The notes beneath the pieces are model-generated. The model worked only from the letters and a program-made list of their open reading frames with translations, was not told the origin of the DNA and did no database searches. Of a DNA stretch of 64,000 nucleotides, positions 27,474 to 41,216 are shown one piece after another. The stretch comes from Eledone cirrhosa (taxonomy: Eukaryota), in the NCBI GenBank assembly GCA_964016885.1, contig OZ024743.1, positions 146,382,001 through 146,446,000 on the forward strand, read 5' to 3'. Both the position numbers and the translations under genes were made by a program. Positions within the stretch are counted from its first letter, which is position 1, and each line of letters opens with the position of its first letter.

Positions 27474-27852
27474 TGGATTGGCAGTATCGGTAGAGGGTCG
27501 GATTCCATGCTTTGACGCATAGAGTTACGGCCCTTGCCATTCTGAGTTCAAATCTCGTCGAGGTTAACTTTGCCTTTCAACCTTACGGGGTCGATAAAAT
27601 AAAGTACCAGTAATACACTGGGTAATTGCTGGCCTTGTGCCAAAAGTAGAAACAATTATTAGGGTGGTGGATTGGCAGTATCAGTAGAGAGTCAGACACC
27701 ATGCTTTGCAGCATAGTTACGGCCCTTTACAGTCTGAGTTCAAATCCCGTCGAGGTTAACTTTGCCTTTCGTCCTTACGGGGTCGATAAAATAAAGTACC
27801 AGTAATGTACTCAGATAATTGCTGGCCTTGTGCCAAAAGTAGAAACAATTAT
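27474..27852 (+). mobile_element. Head-to-tail dimer of family A SINEs
   Basis: Two ~190-nt copies with outer TSD ATTATTCCCTTCTATG at 27454-27469 and 27848-27863. Confidence 0.85.
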
Positions 27853-28979
27853 TCCCTTCTATGTCTTGTAAATTTTATTTTACTATTTAAAAAAAATGAA
27901 AACAATGTGTATTATGGGTGTGATTTAACTGCTAATTCTAGCAGATAGCATGATTACATTGAAGTTTCTCTGTTCACTTGATTTTGAATAGATTGTTCCA
28001 TTGGGGAGGAAGAGAGTGAATAAGCAACAGTTAATGTATATATAAATAAAGGTTTCTTTCAGAAAATGGACTTTTCACAGAAGATGACCATACACCTTTT
28101 AAAGGTTATAGAAACTGTTTTCTCACCAAATAATGTTTATTAATGATATTGAATAAAACCTATCTTCTCATTATTCATTCTTTTTCATACAATTTTGTAA
28201 TAATCATGCAAAAACTTAAAGTTTATCTCAGATATATTGTAGACATTCCTAATTAACGATAAAGTAGATTATGAATGGATTGCCAAGCTTTTCAATGAAA
28301 AGTAATATCATACATTATAAATACCAATAGGAGACAGAACGAAGATAAATAATCCTATTAATAGGATTTTACATTGACAAACTAGACAATATGTTGAAAT
28401 TAAAAATCCCTATGTTGAACAACAGGGTACATGAATTTACCTGTGAGCTCAGTAGTGATTGTCTATTGTAGTTCTATATATTGAAAATGCATGGTGAAAA
28501 TACATATATTGAAAATACATGGTGATATACCAATAATTCTTTATTCACTAAAAATATTATATATATATATATATTATCATCATCATTTTACGTCCATTTC
28601 TTTTCCCTGCTTGCAAGGGTGGGATATATATAGGAAAAGAGTCAGGACCCCGATGGCTGAGCCCTGGCTGTTTCGACAGCTAGATCCGAACGGTGGTGCA
28701 TTATGGTCCACCTTTGTTATATATATATATATATATTTTAGTGAAGGCACATGACTGAGTGGTTAAAGAATTAGGCGATGTGTTATGTCCTTGAGCAAGA
28801 CACTTTATTTCACTTTGCTCCTTCTGCCTGGATTTGCGACCGGTAGATAGTATTAGCAATTGGAAAGACCAATGGAAACATTGTTTCCTTGGTCTGATTT
28901 GATGAGCTCCACCCCACTGGTTAAGCGAATGAGGTCTGGAATCTTGTTGATCAACTGTTATATATATCTAAATATATAT

Positions 28980-29303
28980 CATCATCATTTCATTTTAAGT
29001 CCGCTTTTTCCCTGCTTGCAAGGGTGGGACGGGAACTGATGCTGGCTTGATTTCTACAGCTGGATGTCCTTCCTAACACCAACCTCATTTACAGTGAGTA
29101 CTGGGTGCTTTTTTGCTGTGGCACCTCCACGACCGCTTTGCAGTGGAATGATATGGACCCCAGTCCCTATCATCTCATTTCTACAGCTGAGTAAACTGGA
29201 GCAATGTGAAATAAAGTGTCTTGCTCAAGGAAACAACACATCACCCGGTCTGAGAATTGAAATCACAACCTTTTGATTGCAAGGCCAATGCTCTAACCAC
29301 TAA

Positions 29304-29304
<1 letters not shown>
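28980..29304 (-). mobile_element. Family B SINE
   Basis: Near-identical to 1237-1573. Confidence 0.8.
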
Positions 29305-29377
<73 letters not shown>

Positions 29378-29644
29378 ACTAGAGATTGATTAACATATAA
29401 ACAAACATGAATAATTACAGGAGTTAATTTTTACAAGTGTGTAACCACGCATAGCTAGGTAGGTAACTAAATAAAGTTGACCAGAACTTCAAAAATAGAT
29501 ACCTTATAATATGATTAATCTTCCCTGTATATATCCATTAAAGAAATATATTTCACCAATTAATCAGATGGTAAACCACAGAAGTGGAGATTGGGATTTT
29601 CAACAAGGAAGAAATTTCCAGCAATCCGTGTTTACACTTCAAGT

Positions 29645-29800
29645 GAGGTGTTTAACTCCATCAATACTCCGATATGTCCAGCTCCTGGCTGGGTTGTTAT
29701 TTCTCTGAGGAACTGGAATCATATGATTCCAGTTTCTCAGAGAAATAACAACGCAACTAGGAGCTGGGCATATCGGAGTATTGATGGAGTTAAACACCTC
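29645..29800. repeat. 156-bp spacer-less palindrome at the 5' end of a hammerhead element
   Basis: Centre GAATCAT|ATGATTC at 29722/29723; arms pair with a few mismatches. Confidence 0.9.
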
Positions 29801-29837
29801 AACAACATGTGTACCCGTCTCTACCACACCAATTTGG

Positions 29838-29892
29838 ACTGCCTGAGGAGGTCACAGCCAAAGATGGCTGTCACCGAAATATATATAGCAGT
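29838..29892 (+). ncRNA. Minimal type I hammerhead ribozyme motif (most canonical in window)
   Basis: ACTGC-CTGAGGA-GGTCACAGCCA AAGA TGGCTGTCACC-GAAA-TATATA-TA-GCAGT. Perfect 5-bp stem I, G-C closing stem II, site AUA. Confidence 0.85.
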
Positions 29893-30030
29893 AATAAACG
29901 AAGCCAAATTTTAAATATTTGACTTATTTATTTTATTTTACATTACTCCAGAGTAACCAAACCAACCTGCGCACTTCGTCGAGTGCTCCAATCTGCATAC
30001 TGAGGTGTCGGTAAACAACCAACATATACT

Positions 30031-30063
<33 letters not shown>

Positions 30064-30067
<4 letters not shown>

Positions 30068-30482
30068 CTGGGTACTTTTTGTTGTGACACCTACACGATA
30101 CTATATATATACTATATATATATATATATATGTATATATATAGTATATATATAGTATCGTGTAGGTGTCACAACAAAAAGTACCCAGCACACATTGTAAA
30201 TGTGGTTGGCGTTAGGAAGGGCATCCAGCCATAGAAATCCAGCCTCCAAACACCTAGCCCACACTGTAAAGTGGACGTGTAAAAGACACGACAAAAAGCA
30301 CCCATCACCCACTGTCAATGTGGTTGGCGCTTGGAACGGCATCCAGCCGTATAAAACCAGCCAGAAACTCTCCTATATGAGCGAGACATGGTCATATGGC
30401 CCAACTTGCCTCTAATTGGGACAAACCCGTCTAACATATGCTAGCATGGAAGATAGACGTTAATCAACGATGACGATGATGG
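30064..30482 (+). mobile_element. Family C element with inverted 5' duplication around a TA tract
   Basis: 30064-~30115 is the reverse complement of ~30138-30189. The element ends GGAAGATAGACGTTAA..GATGACGATGATG. Confidence 0.7.
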
Positions 30483-30946
30483 TAGTATATATGGTATAAC
30501 TAAACCTAACAACAGAAATGACTAAAGACCACGAGGGCTGGTGCTATGCAGTGCTGAAGAAGACCTGACCTGCAGCACACAATGTGATGTGATCTACCCC
30601 GATGCTTTCCCCACATTCCTTGCTGCTCACCCTATGAAGTGGTTGGTGATGAAAAGGGCATCCAGCCACGGAGAGATTGCCAAACAAAGGATATAACAAC
30701 CGCCCTAGTGTTGGTGATTTACATGATAAATGCACCCAGTACATGCTGTAAAGTGGGTGGTGATAGGAAGGGCATCCTGTATGCTTGATAAACTGTATGA
30801 CCATACATAAGTGAGATGCAGACCCCTTGGCCTGCCTAGTTAGTTAGTAACCCCACTTCAGTACTAACTCGGTCTGTGTGGACCCATCCAATGCTTGCTA
30901 ACAGGGAAAGTGGATGTTAAACTATGATGATGATTATATATATATA

Positions 30947-31022
30947 CAGGGTGTCCCCAAAATGTATACATACTTTTATTAGAATGTTGTTGAAGTGTGT
31001 ATACTATTTTTGGGACACCCTG
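30947..31022. mobile_element. 76-bp Tc1/mariner-type MITE
   Basis: TIRs CAGGGTGTCCC(C)AAAA / TTTTTGGGACACCCTG with TA flanks. Confidence 0.8.
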
Positions 31023-31097
31023 TATATATGTGTGTGTTGTGTGTGCATGTGTGTGTGTGTGTATGTGTGTGTATGTGTGTGTGTATGTATGTGTATG

Positions 31098-31225
<128 letters not shown>

Positions 31226-31739
31226 CGTGTGTGTACTGTTATGTTAAAAAACTTAGTCATAAAAACATTACTTAAAAGTGTTCAAATCAAAAGAGCTTTG
31301 AAATAAATAAGTAAATAAACTCAAGTAAATCTTCATCAACAATGAATATGCTATCAGGTGAGCTGAGAAATGTATATAGATGTATGATGAGATAATTAAT
31401 AATAAAAATAAGAATATAATCGATGAATTTGTGGATAATATGTTACATAAAATTTTATTGTGTAAGTAAATGCAGTAGTAACATAGAACATAATGCTTAA
31501 TGAAATTAATAAATATCATGTTAGGCACCTAACAGATAATCTAAATTGAATTTATTATATAATAAAAGAACAAACAAGCAAAGCTTTACATGATGATTCT
31601 TCAATAATGAATCTAGATAGACTATTGATAGCTAGACATGATATGAAATACAATAACACTACAAGCATTTTAAGGCCATTTCCCACATAATACAAGGGTT
31701 AGTTAGTCTTGCAGGCTCCCACCCCTCTCCACAACATTC

Positions 31740-32165
31740 ATTTCTGCCTATATCATCTTTAACCATATCATTCTTCTCCTTTCTTTATTCCTTTCCACAT
31801 TCCTTTTCATCACTCCTCTCACCCAATCTTCCTCAACACATGACTGAACCATCTCATTCATCACTGGCTCTATTCTCACCATCCACTGCAATCCGTTATT
31901 TGTCTTCACCTCTCTGAGCAATATTCCACTCATCCACCAAACCAGTTTAATTTTCAATCCTTTCCTGTCACTCTTGTCTTACTACCATAATTCATGACAC
32001 TCCTTACACATGCAGAATACACCTTTCCTTTCAGTTCCAGTTCCCATTGATAGCACAGATCCTGGAGCTTCTTTTATGCACATCTTGATCTAACTATAGT
32101 TGCCAACTCCTATCTATCTTTTCCATTCAATAAGTCGCCTAGATGACAAAACATTTTCAAACTTA
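31740..32165 (-). pseudogene. Highly decayed RTE LINE fragment
   Basis: Minus-strand remnants LVWWMSG...EEDWVRGVMKRNVE resemble an RTE C-terminus. Confidence 0.5.
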
Positions 32166-33125
32166 TCACTTTTCCCATTATTCCTAAAATATATATATTC
32201 CTAAAATATATATATTCAATTGCACTCATGGAACATTCTAACTTCCATTGGATATATATAGACATTCATGTTGAGGCATGTCACCAAAACACATATGCCA
32301 CTGAGCAATGCATACATACATAGGGAAGATATTGATATAATTTTATTCTGACTAGAAAAACACCACAGAAAAGGTTTGAACAACACACACAATTACAGAC
32401 AACAAAACGGAGAAAACTAATAACATCTTCAGTTATTTCAAATACTGCAACATTTATAACAGTATACAAACTGTTTCATTTTATTTAAAATTATATATCT
32501 AAATTTATAGTGTAATTAAAAAAAATCCATTATGTTTTGTTTCTAATTCTAATAGTATACATATCAAAAACATTTCCTGATGAAATTTCAACCAAATTCA
32601 CAATATAAGACTTTCACATTACACACACTTTTAAATAATGCCATTATGAAATTTAAAAAAAATGGTGGAAATGTTAATTTTATACATCTGCACTGTATCA
32701 AAACTTTGTTGGAGGTGGTTAAAGTTTACTTACAGTATTTTACTGGTATTCATTTTATCATCTGGTTGTAGGCCTGGTTGTGTGATTAAGAAGTTTGCTT
32801 CGTAATCACATAGTTGTTGGTTTGATCACACATGGCACAGTAAGCAAGTGTCTTCTAGCATTGTCTCAGGCTGACCAATACTATGCTTAAAGAATTGGGT
32901 AGATGGAAACTGTGAAAGCCTATTGTATCAAAGGCATGGCAACTGATACATCCAGTACACTCTGTAAAGTGGTTGAAGATAGGAAAGGTAGTGAGCCATA
33001 GAAAACTTGCCAAAAGAACAGTTGGGAAAACTTCTCAGCTGTGTCAAAGGCATAACAATTCCACTTGTGCTGGTGCTGCGATCGAATACGTCCTGTTGAT
33101 GATGATGATATATGTATGTATGTAT

Positions 33126-33168
<43 letters not shown>

Positions 33169-33429
33169 GGAAAAAATGAAACGAAATTTCATTTCCCACT
33201 CTTAGTACGGCTGTTACTTAAATATAAGTATGTATACGTACATACATATATGTATACAGACGTACAGTAGTATGTATATATATATACATACATGCACACA
33301 TATATATATGTACGTATGGATTCACCGAACATTTATTATAATGCTCGGTGTGTTTGTAAACAAACATCCCGTATTAAGCCGTAGTGTCCAGCAACCATCG
33401 TTGCTCATTTGTTCAACACTGACAAAGGA

Positions 33430-33472
33430 ACGCTGTACTAGTTTCAAGCTTATTAGCTATCATCAGCAACGT
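33430..33472 (-). ncRNA. Minimal type I hammerhead ribozyme motif
   Basis: Minus strand ACGTTG-CTGATGA-TAGCT AATA AGCTT-GAAA-CTAG-TA-CAGCGT. Confidence 0.8.
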
Positions 33473-33779
33473 ATACCTTCCTGCCAGATTGTTGAACGTA
33501 TATACTTACCTTATGCATATTAACGGCTGAGTAGCCCAATTTGCATATCGAGTGGGTTAATCGGCCGGGTGCACCGAAAACGATAAACGGAAAAAATGAA
33601 ACGAAATTTCATTTCCCACTCTTAGTACGACTGTTACTTAAATATAAGTATGTACATTTTTTCGTTTATCGTTTTCGGTGCACCCGGCCGATTAACCCAC
33701 TCGATGTGCAAATTGGGCTACTCAGCCGTTAATATGCATAAGGTTAGTATATACGTTCAACAATCTGGCAGGAAGGTAT

Positions 33780-33822
33780 ACGTTGCTGACGATAGCTAAT
33801 AAGCTTGAAACTAGTACAGCGT
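33780..33822 (+). ncRNA. Minimal type I hammerhead ribozyme motif
   Basis: ACGTTG-CTGACGA-TAGCT AATA AGCTT-GAAA-CTAG-TA-CAGCGT, with palindromic stem III CTAG and site GUA. Confidence 0.8.
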
Positions 33823-34937
33823 TCCTTTGTCAGTGTTGAATAAATGAGCAACGATGGTTGCTGGACACTGTACGGCTTAATACGGGATGTTTGTTTACAA
33901 ACACACCGAGCATTATAATAAATGTTCGGTGAATCCATACGTACATATATATATGTGTGCATGTATGTATGTATATATACACTTGTGTGTACATATCTTT
34001 CACTTATGTATATTGGTAAAAGAAAACAAGCCGATGTTTTATGAACAAAGTGCTTTGCAATATTCCTTCTGCTCTGAGTTACAAATACTTCCTTGTCTAC
34101 ACCTACCATCAGAAATTAAAGGAACTGGTGATTAGCCCATTAGAAATCTGTAATCAATTGCAATAGGAAATGGCAAACATACATGGTTCCATAACTCTCG
34201 AGGGAGTCGTAGGGCTCTTATTAACACACACCATTTCTATGGCATTTAAACAATCTGGTGAAGCTCAATCCTCTCCAGGTCTGAATACAGCAGATTTCTT
34301 CTAGAGAAAGATAGAGAGAGTGAGAGAATGGGAGTGAGAAAGAGATACAGAGGAAGAATCAAACTCAGTACTAGACTGATACTTTTTTTTATCAACTTTG
34401 AATGAATGAAAGGTAATGTGGACCTTGCCAGGATTTGAACTAAGAGAGCAGAGAGCTGAAATAAATACTACAAAGCATTCTAGCTGACATTCTAATGACC
34501 CTGCCACTTTGCCGCCTATAATATGAAATAGATAAATTAATTAATAAATAGATAAATAATAACATAGATGGATGGAAGGCAAAGTAAGCCCTGGTGAAAT
34601 TTCAATTCAATCCAGAGGGACAAAACTAGATACAGGTGCAATTGATAAATCTACTTGGTTTCTCTTTGAACAGGTATCTTATTGCAATTAAATTGTAAGA
34701 AAAACTGCAACGGTCATCATCATTTTCACAGAGAATGTGATTGGGTAGCATCATACTACTGATCTTACATATAATTTATCTCTGAATGGCATTTCTGCAC
34801 ATGTATTCATAACATTTATCAGCATAGAATTTCATAATCACCCCTTGACATTTTTCAGGCAGTTTGTTTTTCTTTCCTTCTATGTAGATATATTTGTATG
34901 AGATTATGTGTTCATGAGCATATAAATATAAATATGA

Positions 34938-35002
<65 letters not shown>

Positions 35003-35500
35003 AGTGATTAAAATAATGGAGTATTCCACTATTACTTTTAGTAAGGTGAAAGAAGCTCAATGCACACTAAAAGTCCTCAGCACGTAAGGAATTCAAAATG
35101 GATGAAATATTCTTTGAAAGTTAAAGTTCTTGTTGTTGAGAACAGTACTGGTGGCAAAGCATTAATATTTAAAATGAAGAAAAACCAAGGTTAACAACTT
35201 AAATCCATTCTTTAATTTCTGTATATGTTTCTATACAGGTGATAATGACACATGCATATGTAAACAATAAGTTAATTGGAAACAATACATATGACATCTG
35301 CATATCACCAGGAAATCCCCAAAAGAGATACAGTTTAACCAAATTCAAGTGATTCTGCACAAGTCACTGATTTAGTGGGTATTTTCTTAAAGGCAATTTT
35401 CCATCTTTTGAAGGGGTCTTATTTTGTGATGATACTCTCTTCGCTGCTATCAGAAATAGTAGAAGCCTTGAGCTAAATAAAAACATCTGACAGCTTCATT

Positions 35501-35549
<49 letters not shown>

Positions 35550-35562
35550 GAAAGGTATAGAA

Positions 35563-35599
<37 letters not shown>

Positions 35600-35616
35600 G
35601 GAGACACAAAGCAGGC

Positions 35617-35657
<41 letters not shown>

Positions 35658-36600
35658 GGAGACACAAAGCAGGCTTTGTTTATAAACGGCTAGCGAATTT
35701 GAAAATTAAGTAGTAACATATGTTTATGCTGTATTAGACTAAATAGAATTAGTCTGTTAGTTGGGATTAAAAAAATCCTCTGAATGGAAAAAAAGGATGA
35801 ATGTTGACATACGTGGGACACAAACCCACATCTTTGGTTTGCCGGAAGGTGGTGGAATAGCAAGGTGGATGAGGCAATTAACAATAAGAAACAGGTATGG
35901 AAAGACTAGCAAAACAGGGGAAGCAGGGAACAGTATCAAGAATCTAAGGTGTAAGGACTGAATCTTTCAAGTATCTTCCAAGAGATCTTCAGTGTCTCAG
36001 TCTGAGTGAGAAATTTAGGATATTACAAGGTTTGTCATCTTTGAACATTTACTTGAACTCAAAGAGTAAAATTTTAGAGGATGCCCCCATCTCAAACCCC
36101 AACTATTTGCTAAGTGGAAATATTCAACCAATTCGACTGATTTTCAACCACCTTGATTGAAAATTATATACTTCCATTATATCTTTTCTTTCTCTTTTTC
36201 TTTCCACACTTACATAACACAATACACCTTCTACACTACTATACTCCATACCTTAATAAATCTTACCGCCTCTATATTACATTCCTCCACATAATACAAT
36301 ACTTCTACTATAGTATACAAACAGAAACCTGAGGTCCATCTCAAATTTCAAATTTATATCTTGGAGTTATTTCCCTTTGTTATATTACATTTTTTTCATA
36401 AACATGTGTTCTTAGCAAACTTTACTTTTAACAGTATTTCCTAAACTTGTATAACCTCCTGGAGAAAGGTCACTAATTTGATACCACAAGTATTCTGGAG
36501 GTATGGTCAAATTTGAGGCTTGAAACCTTGAGTAGCGCCTTTGTGTTGTGTGAACATAGATAAATATTATAATACATACATACATACATACATACATACA

Positions 36601-36893
36601 TGGTTGCTGCCAACTCGTTTTCGAGTACGGCCACTACTTTATATCCATGTAGGAGAACTCCTACCAATGCACTGAACAAGTGTGACATTTTAGTCCAGCC
36701 AGCGACTTGAAAACTCTGGTACAAACACTACACTTGTGACAATTATTGACACATAGTGCTGGGCCCTTGGTACCATGTGACAACAAGTGCAGAGAGATCT
36801 CCAGATATAAAGCAATGCCTGTGCCATGAAGCTTTTATAGTGAACAAAGGCACTGCGCAAAGCCAGTCCCACTCTCTTAACCAAGATGATATT
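36601..36893 (-). mobile_element. Family E retroposon, 5'-truncated
   Basis: Reverse complement of 10609-10901, flanked by (CATA)n. Confidence 0.8.
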
Positions 36894-37119
36894 TACATAC
36901 ATACATACATACAAACATACATACATACATACATACATACATGTATGTATGTATGTATGTATATATATAATATATAGAAATAAACACAGTAAAATGTGTG
37001 TTTAAAATTACAAGGACTGAAAAACCATCTTGCTAAAATGCTCGGTTTTTATACTTAGAGCTTAATAATTACAGGGTATTAATATGAGTGTTTAAATCTG
37101 CCTTTTATTTGTATATATA

Positions 37120-37462
37120 TCATCATTCATCATTCCATTTTATGTCCGCTTTTTCTCTGCTTGCAAGGGTGGGATGGGAACTGATTCTGGCTTGATTTCT
37201 ACAGCTGGATGCCCTTCCTAACACCAACCTCATTTACAGTGAGTGCTGGGTGCTTTTTTGCCGTGGCACCTCCACAACCACTTTGCAGTGGAATCATATG
37301 AACCCCAGTCACTATCATCTCAGTTCTACAGCTGAGTAAACTGGAGCAATGTGAAATAAAGTGTCTTGCTCAAGGAAACAACACATCAACCAGTCTGAGA
37401 ATTGAACTCACAACCTTTCGATTGCAAGGCCAATGCTCTAACCACTAAGCCATGTACCTCCA
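37120..37462 (-). mobile_element. Family B SINE
   Basis: Near-identical to 1237-1573 and 28980-29304. Confidence 0.8.
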
Positions 37463-37902
37463 TATGAAATATATGCATTTCAATGCAAATGATCATGATA
37501 ATAGTCAATCACTACTATAAATATTAGTTGAAAAAAATTGTGTAAAGTAACCATGGAGATAGAAAAAAGTGGACAGAAATACTTGAGATGAATTGAGCCT
37601 CTGTATCTCTCAGATACCAGGAAAGTGCATTAACCACTATGCCAAAGAGCCACTGGGCACTAATTTTGTATTTTTTAAGTAGATTCTAAAACTGCACTGA
37701 GAAATGTAAACACAGTTGATTTAGGAATCATTGGAATTTGAAATGTGTGCATCCAAATGTAAATGATCAAATAATTGTTTCTACTTTTGGCCATAAATTG
37801 TAGATGCTGATGATGATGGGGGTTGATTCTGCTTTTGTCACGGGGTCGGCAATTATCCCAGTGTGTTGCTGGGGCTCTGTTTTATCAACTCCGTAAGATA
37901 AT

Positions 37903-38089
37903 AATAATTGTTTCTACTTTAGGCACAAGGCTAGCAATTACCCAGTACATTACTGGTACTTTATTTTATCGACCCCGTAAGGATGAAAGGCAAAGTTAAC
38001 CTCGGCGGGATTTGAACTCAGAGTGTAAAGGGACGTAACTATGCTGGAAAGCATGGTGTCCGACCTTCTACTGATACTGCCAATCCCAC
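37903..38089 (-). mobile_element. Family A SINE
   Basis: Reverse complement of the family A consensus. Confidence 0.8.
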
Positions 38090-38156
38090 GAAATGGTCAT
38101 ATAATATTTATATATAATATATGCATGTGTATGCATACATACACACACAAACACAC

Positions 38157-39117
38157 ATCATCATCATCACCGTTTTACGTCCGTTCTTCCACGCTAGCAT
38201 GGGTTAGATGGATTGTCCTGTTGTGGGCAGTGTCTGGTCAGCTGACCATGAGTTGCTCATACAGGAACTGATTTGGCTTGATTTCTACAGCTGGGTGCCC
38301 TTCGTAACACCAACCTCATTTACAGTGAGTGCTGGGTGCTTTTTCGTGGCGCCTACACGTCCACTTTACAGTGTGGGCTGGGTGCTTTTTTGCCATGGCA
38401 CCTCCACGACCACCTTGCAGTGGGAGGGTGTGGGGGCATATTGTCTATATGCTTCAGCTTGTACCCATGGGAGGTCGGGTACTCTGTATTACTGCGTGAC
38501 GCCAGAGGTCACAGTCGTGTGTCATCGCCTTTGAGAGGTGTAATTGGGTAAGGTCGGCTTTTATCACCTCATCCCAGGTCTTCTTGGGTCTCCCCACTCC
38601 GCGGTTTCCATTGACTTCTGGTGCTCTGCACCTTTTTATGCAGCTGTCATCCTTCATACGCATCACATGTCCATACCAACACAACCGCCTCTTCTGCACA
38701 CAGCATTTGAGTCCTCTTATGCTCAGTCTCTCTCTCAATTCCTTTATGCTTTGTCGTTCGCGTATATTACTATTACACATCCATTGGAGCATGCAGGCTT
38801 CGTTTCTCTCTAATCTACGAAAGTTTTCCACCTTCAGCGTCCAGGTCTCACTACCATGTAACATTGCTGTTCGGATACACGCATCATACAGTCTGCCTTT
38901 CATTTTGAGGGAGAAGCCTTTTGCAGCTAGCAGTGGCAGTAGTTCCCTGAACTTCTTCCATCCTGTTCTTACCCTAGTTATTGTACTTTCTGAACACCCA
39001 CCTCCGCTGCTAATTTGGTCACCTAGGTAGCAGAAGCTGTCTACTGTCTCTACAGAGCCCTCCCAGAGATTGGTGGTACTTGTTTCCTCTGGCTGTTTGC
39101 TGCTTGCTGTCCCAGTA
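38157..39117 (-). mobile_element. 5'-truncated RTE LINE (long 3' UTR type)
   Basis: ORF VDSFCYLGD...[12 protein letters not shown]...MLHGSETW...RRLCWYGHVMR...GRPKKTW, then a ~300-nt UTR and (ATG)n tail. Paralogous to 59528-60505. Confidence 0.9.
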
Positions 39118-39175
39118 CATATATATAGTATATGTGTGTGTGTGTTTGTGTGTGTATGAATACATACACACATAA

Positions 39176-39207
<32 letters not shown>

Positions 39208-40253
39208 TATATGTGTGTGTATGTATACACACACACATATATATATGCAGGTGTACATACACATACATGTATGTATATGAATATATTAATGTATAGATGT
39301 ATGTGTATATCTATCTATATATATTTAAATGTATGGATTTGTTATTTTGTAAGTATATGTGTGCGAATGTATATGCATATATGTCTGTCTGTGTGTTTGT
39401 GTAACTGTTATATATGAGTGTTGGAGAAATTGGTGACTTTATTAAACAGTTCCCATGCAAGGTGTAATATGAGATGCTATCAATTCATACCTGTTGCGAT
39501 ATGTAATAACACTTTTACTGATGCACGAACAAGATGAATGAAAAGTAATTATAAAGTTCAACACACACACACACAGAAAAAAGAATACTCCACCAAAAAC
39601 CGATATAGAAAATCATTAAATTAACACAATACTCAACATATGTATATACATATCGAGCAAAGTATAAAAAATTAATTAATACTAAAAAATACAGAAAAGC
39701 ATATAACATAACATAACAAACATAGATATAAATTTTAACTTAATGAATGAATAGATAAATAAACTCTCTACCGTTTGAAATTCATATTCAGATGGGAAGA
39801 TAAAACAATTTATGAAGAAATACTGGTATTGTTTATGCCATATTGACCTAATTTCTTGAAAATCTAAAGAATGGAAGAATTCTATTGAATTTTTGGCTAA
39901 TTGAGAATGAAAATAGACTTATTGTACATGTAGACATTATTGGTGAATGATGATTGAATGAAAATAAACAATCTTTCTTCTTGATTAAATAGAGTCCCTA
40001 TTCATTGGTAGGTATATTGTAAACATGAATGCTTACTATCAGAGAATATTTTGCATCTGAGAGCTATAATTTCAGAATCATAATTCTCTTAGCGAATAGA
40101 AGAAAACAACAACAAAAATGAAAAAAAAATTAAAACAGTAATAAACATAATAAAAAAATAAATAATGCAAACAATTACAACAATGAACACACACATACAC
40201 ATGCACACATACACAAATACACACACACATACACAAATACACGAGAACAAAAC

Positions 40254-40523
40254 AAGAAGAAGAAGAAGAAGAAGAAGAAGAAGAAGAAGAAGAAGAAAAA
40301 GAAGAAGAAGAAAAGAGAAGACGGAGAGGCAGAAAAGGAAGAAGAAAGAAAAGGAAGAAAAAAGAAGAAAAGAGCAGAAGGAGAGGAAGAAAAGGATGAA
40401 GAAAGAAAAGGAAGAAGCAAGAAGAGGAAGAAAAGGAAGAAGAAAGAAGAGGAAGAAGAAGAAGGAGAAGAAGAAAGAAGAGGAAGAAGACAAAGAAGAA
40501 GAAGAAGAAGAAGAAGAAGAAGA
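40254..40523. repeat. (AGA)n purine-rich tract
   Basis: Direct reading. Confidence 0.9.
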
Positions 40524-41021
40524 ATTTGTTTTCAATGTAGGTTTTAAAGATGTGATATTAAGGAACAATAGCTTTAATTAAGTTATGGCAGTTAGTTTTG
40601 ATGTTTCATTGTTGGAATGTCAGTTTAGTTTACTGTTTTCCTTAGAGGAGACAGACATGCTTGTTACCAGTGAGTGCACCCCATTATTTCTCACTTGATA
40701 TACTCCTATGGAACTGTGGCTTCTCTTTGCAATTCAGTTGCAATGATCGTTTGTATGCACATATACATGTGTGTATAAATTTCTTTTCCCATTTTCTTCT
40801 AACCAGTTTCCACTAAAATCACAATCAAGTCGCCTATGAAATTATTTTTTTTTTTATAGTTTTCCACTTTTTAAATCATTTGTATTATATTTCCACTGTC
40901 ATATTTCCATTTTCATTAATGTAATTTTTTATGACTTGTATTTTCAGACATATTCATATATTCATAGACTATGTTTCATATATTAATTGGCTAAGTTTAG
41001 TGTCATTATTTCCACATACAT

Positions 41022-41216
41022 AGGGCGGTGGGTTGGCAGTATCGGTAGAGGGTCGGATGCCATGCTTTGTAGTACAGAGTTACGGCCCTTTATGGTCTGA
41101 GTTCAAATCCCGCCGAGGTTAACTTTGCCTTTCATCCTTACGGGGTCGATAAAATAAAGTACCAGTAATGCACTGGGATAATTGCTGGCCTTGTGCCAAA
41201 AGTAGAAACAATTATT
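41022..41216 (+). mobile_element. Family A SINE with TSD
   Basis: TSD ATTATTTCCACATACATAG at 41005-41023 and 41211-41229. Confidence 0.9.

Larger units (their letters stand above)
33163..33980. mobile_element. Large fold-back hammerhead element with 72-nt direct repeat
   Basis: Arms ~33273-33598 and ~33655-33980 are near-perfect reverse complements. 33163-33234 equals 33583-33654 with one mismatch. Confidence 0.9.

Noticed and set aside
40165-40581. Protamine-like Arg/Lys/Glu-rich ORF
   Set aside because: It is a translation of an (AGA)n tract joined to a CA repeat.
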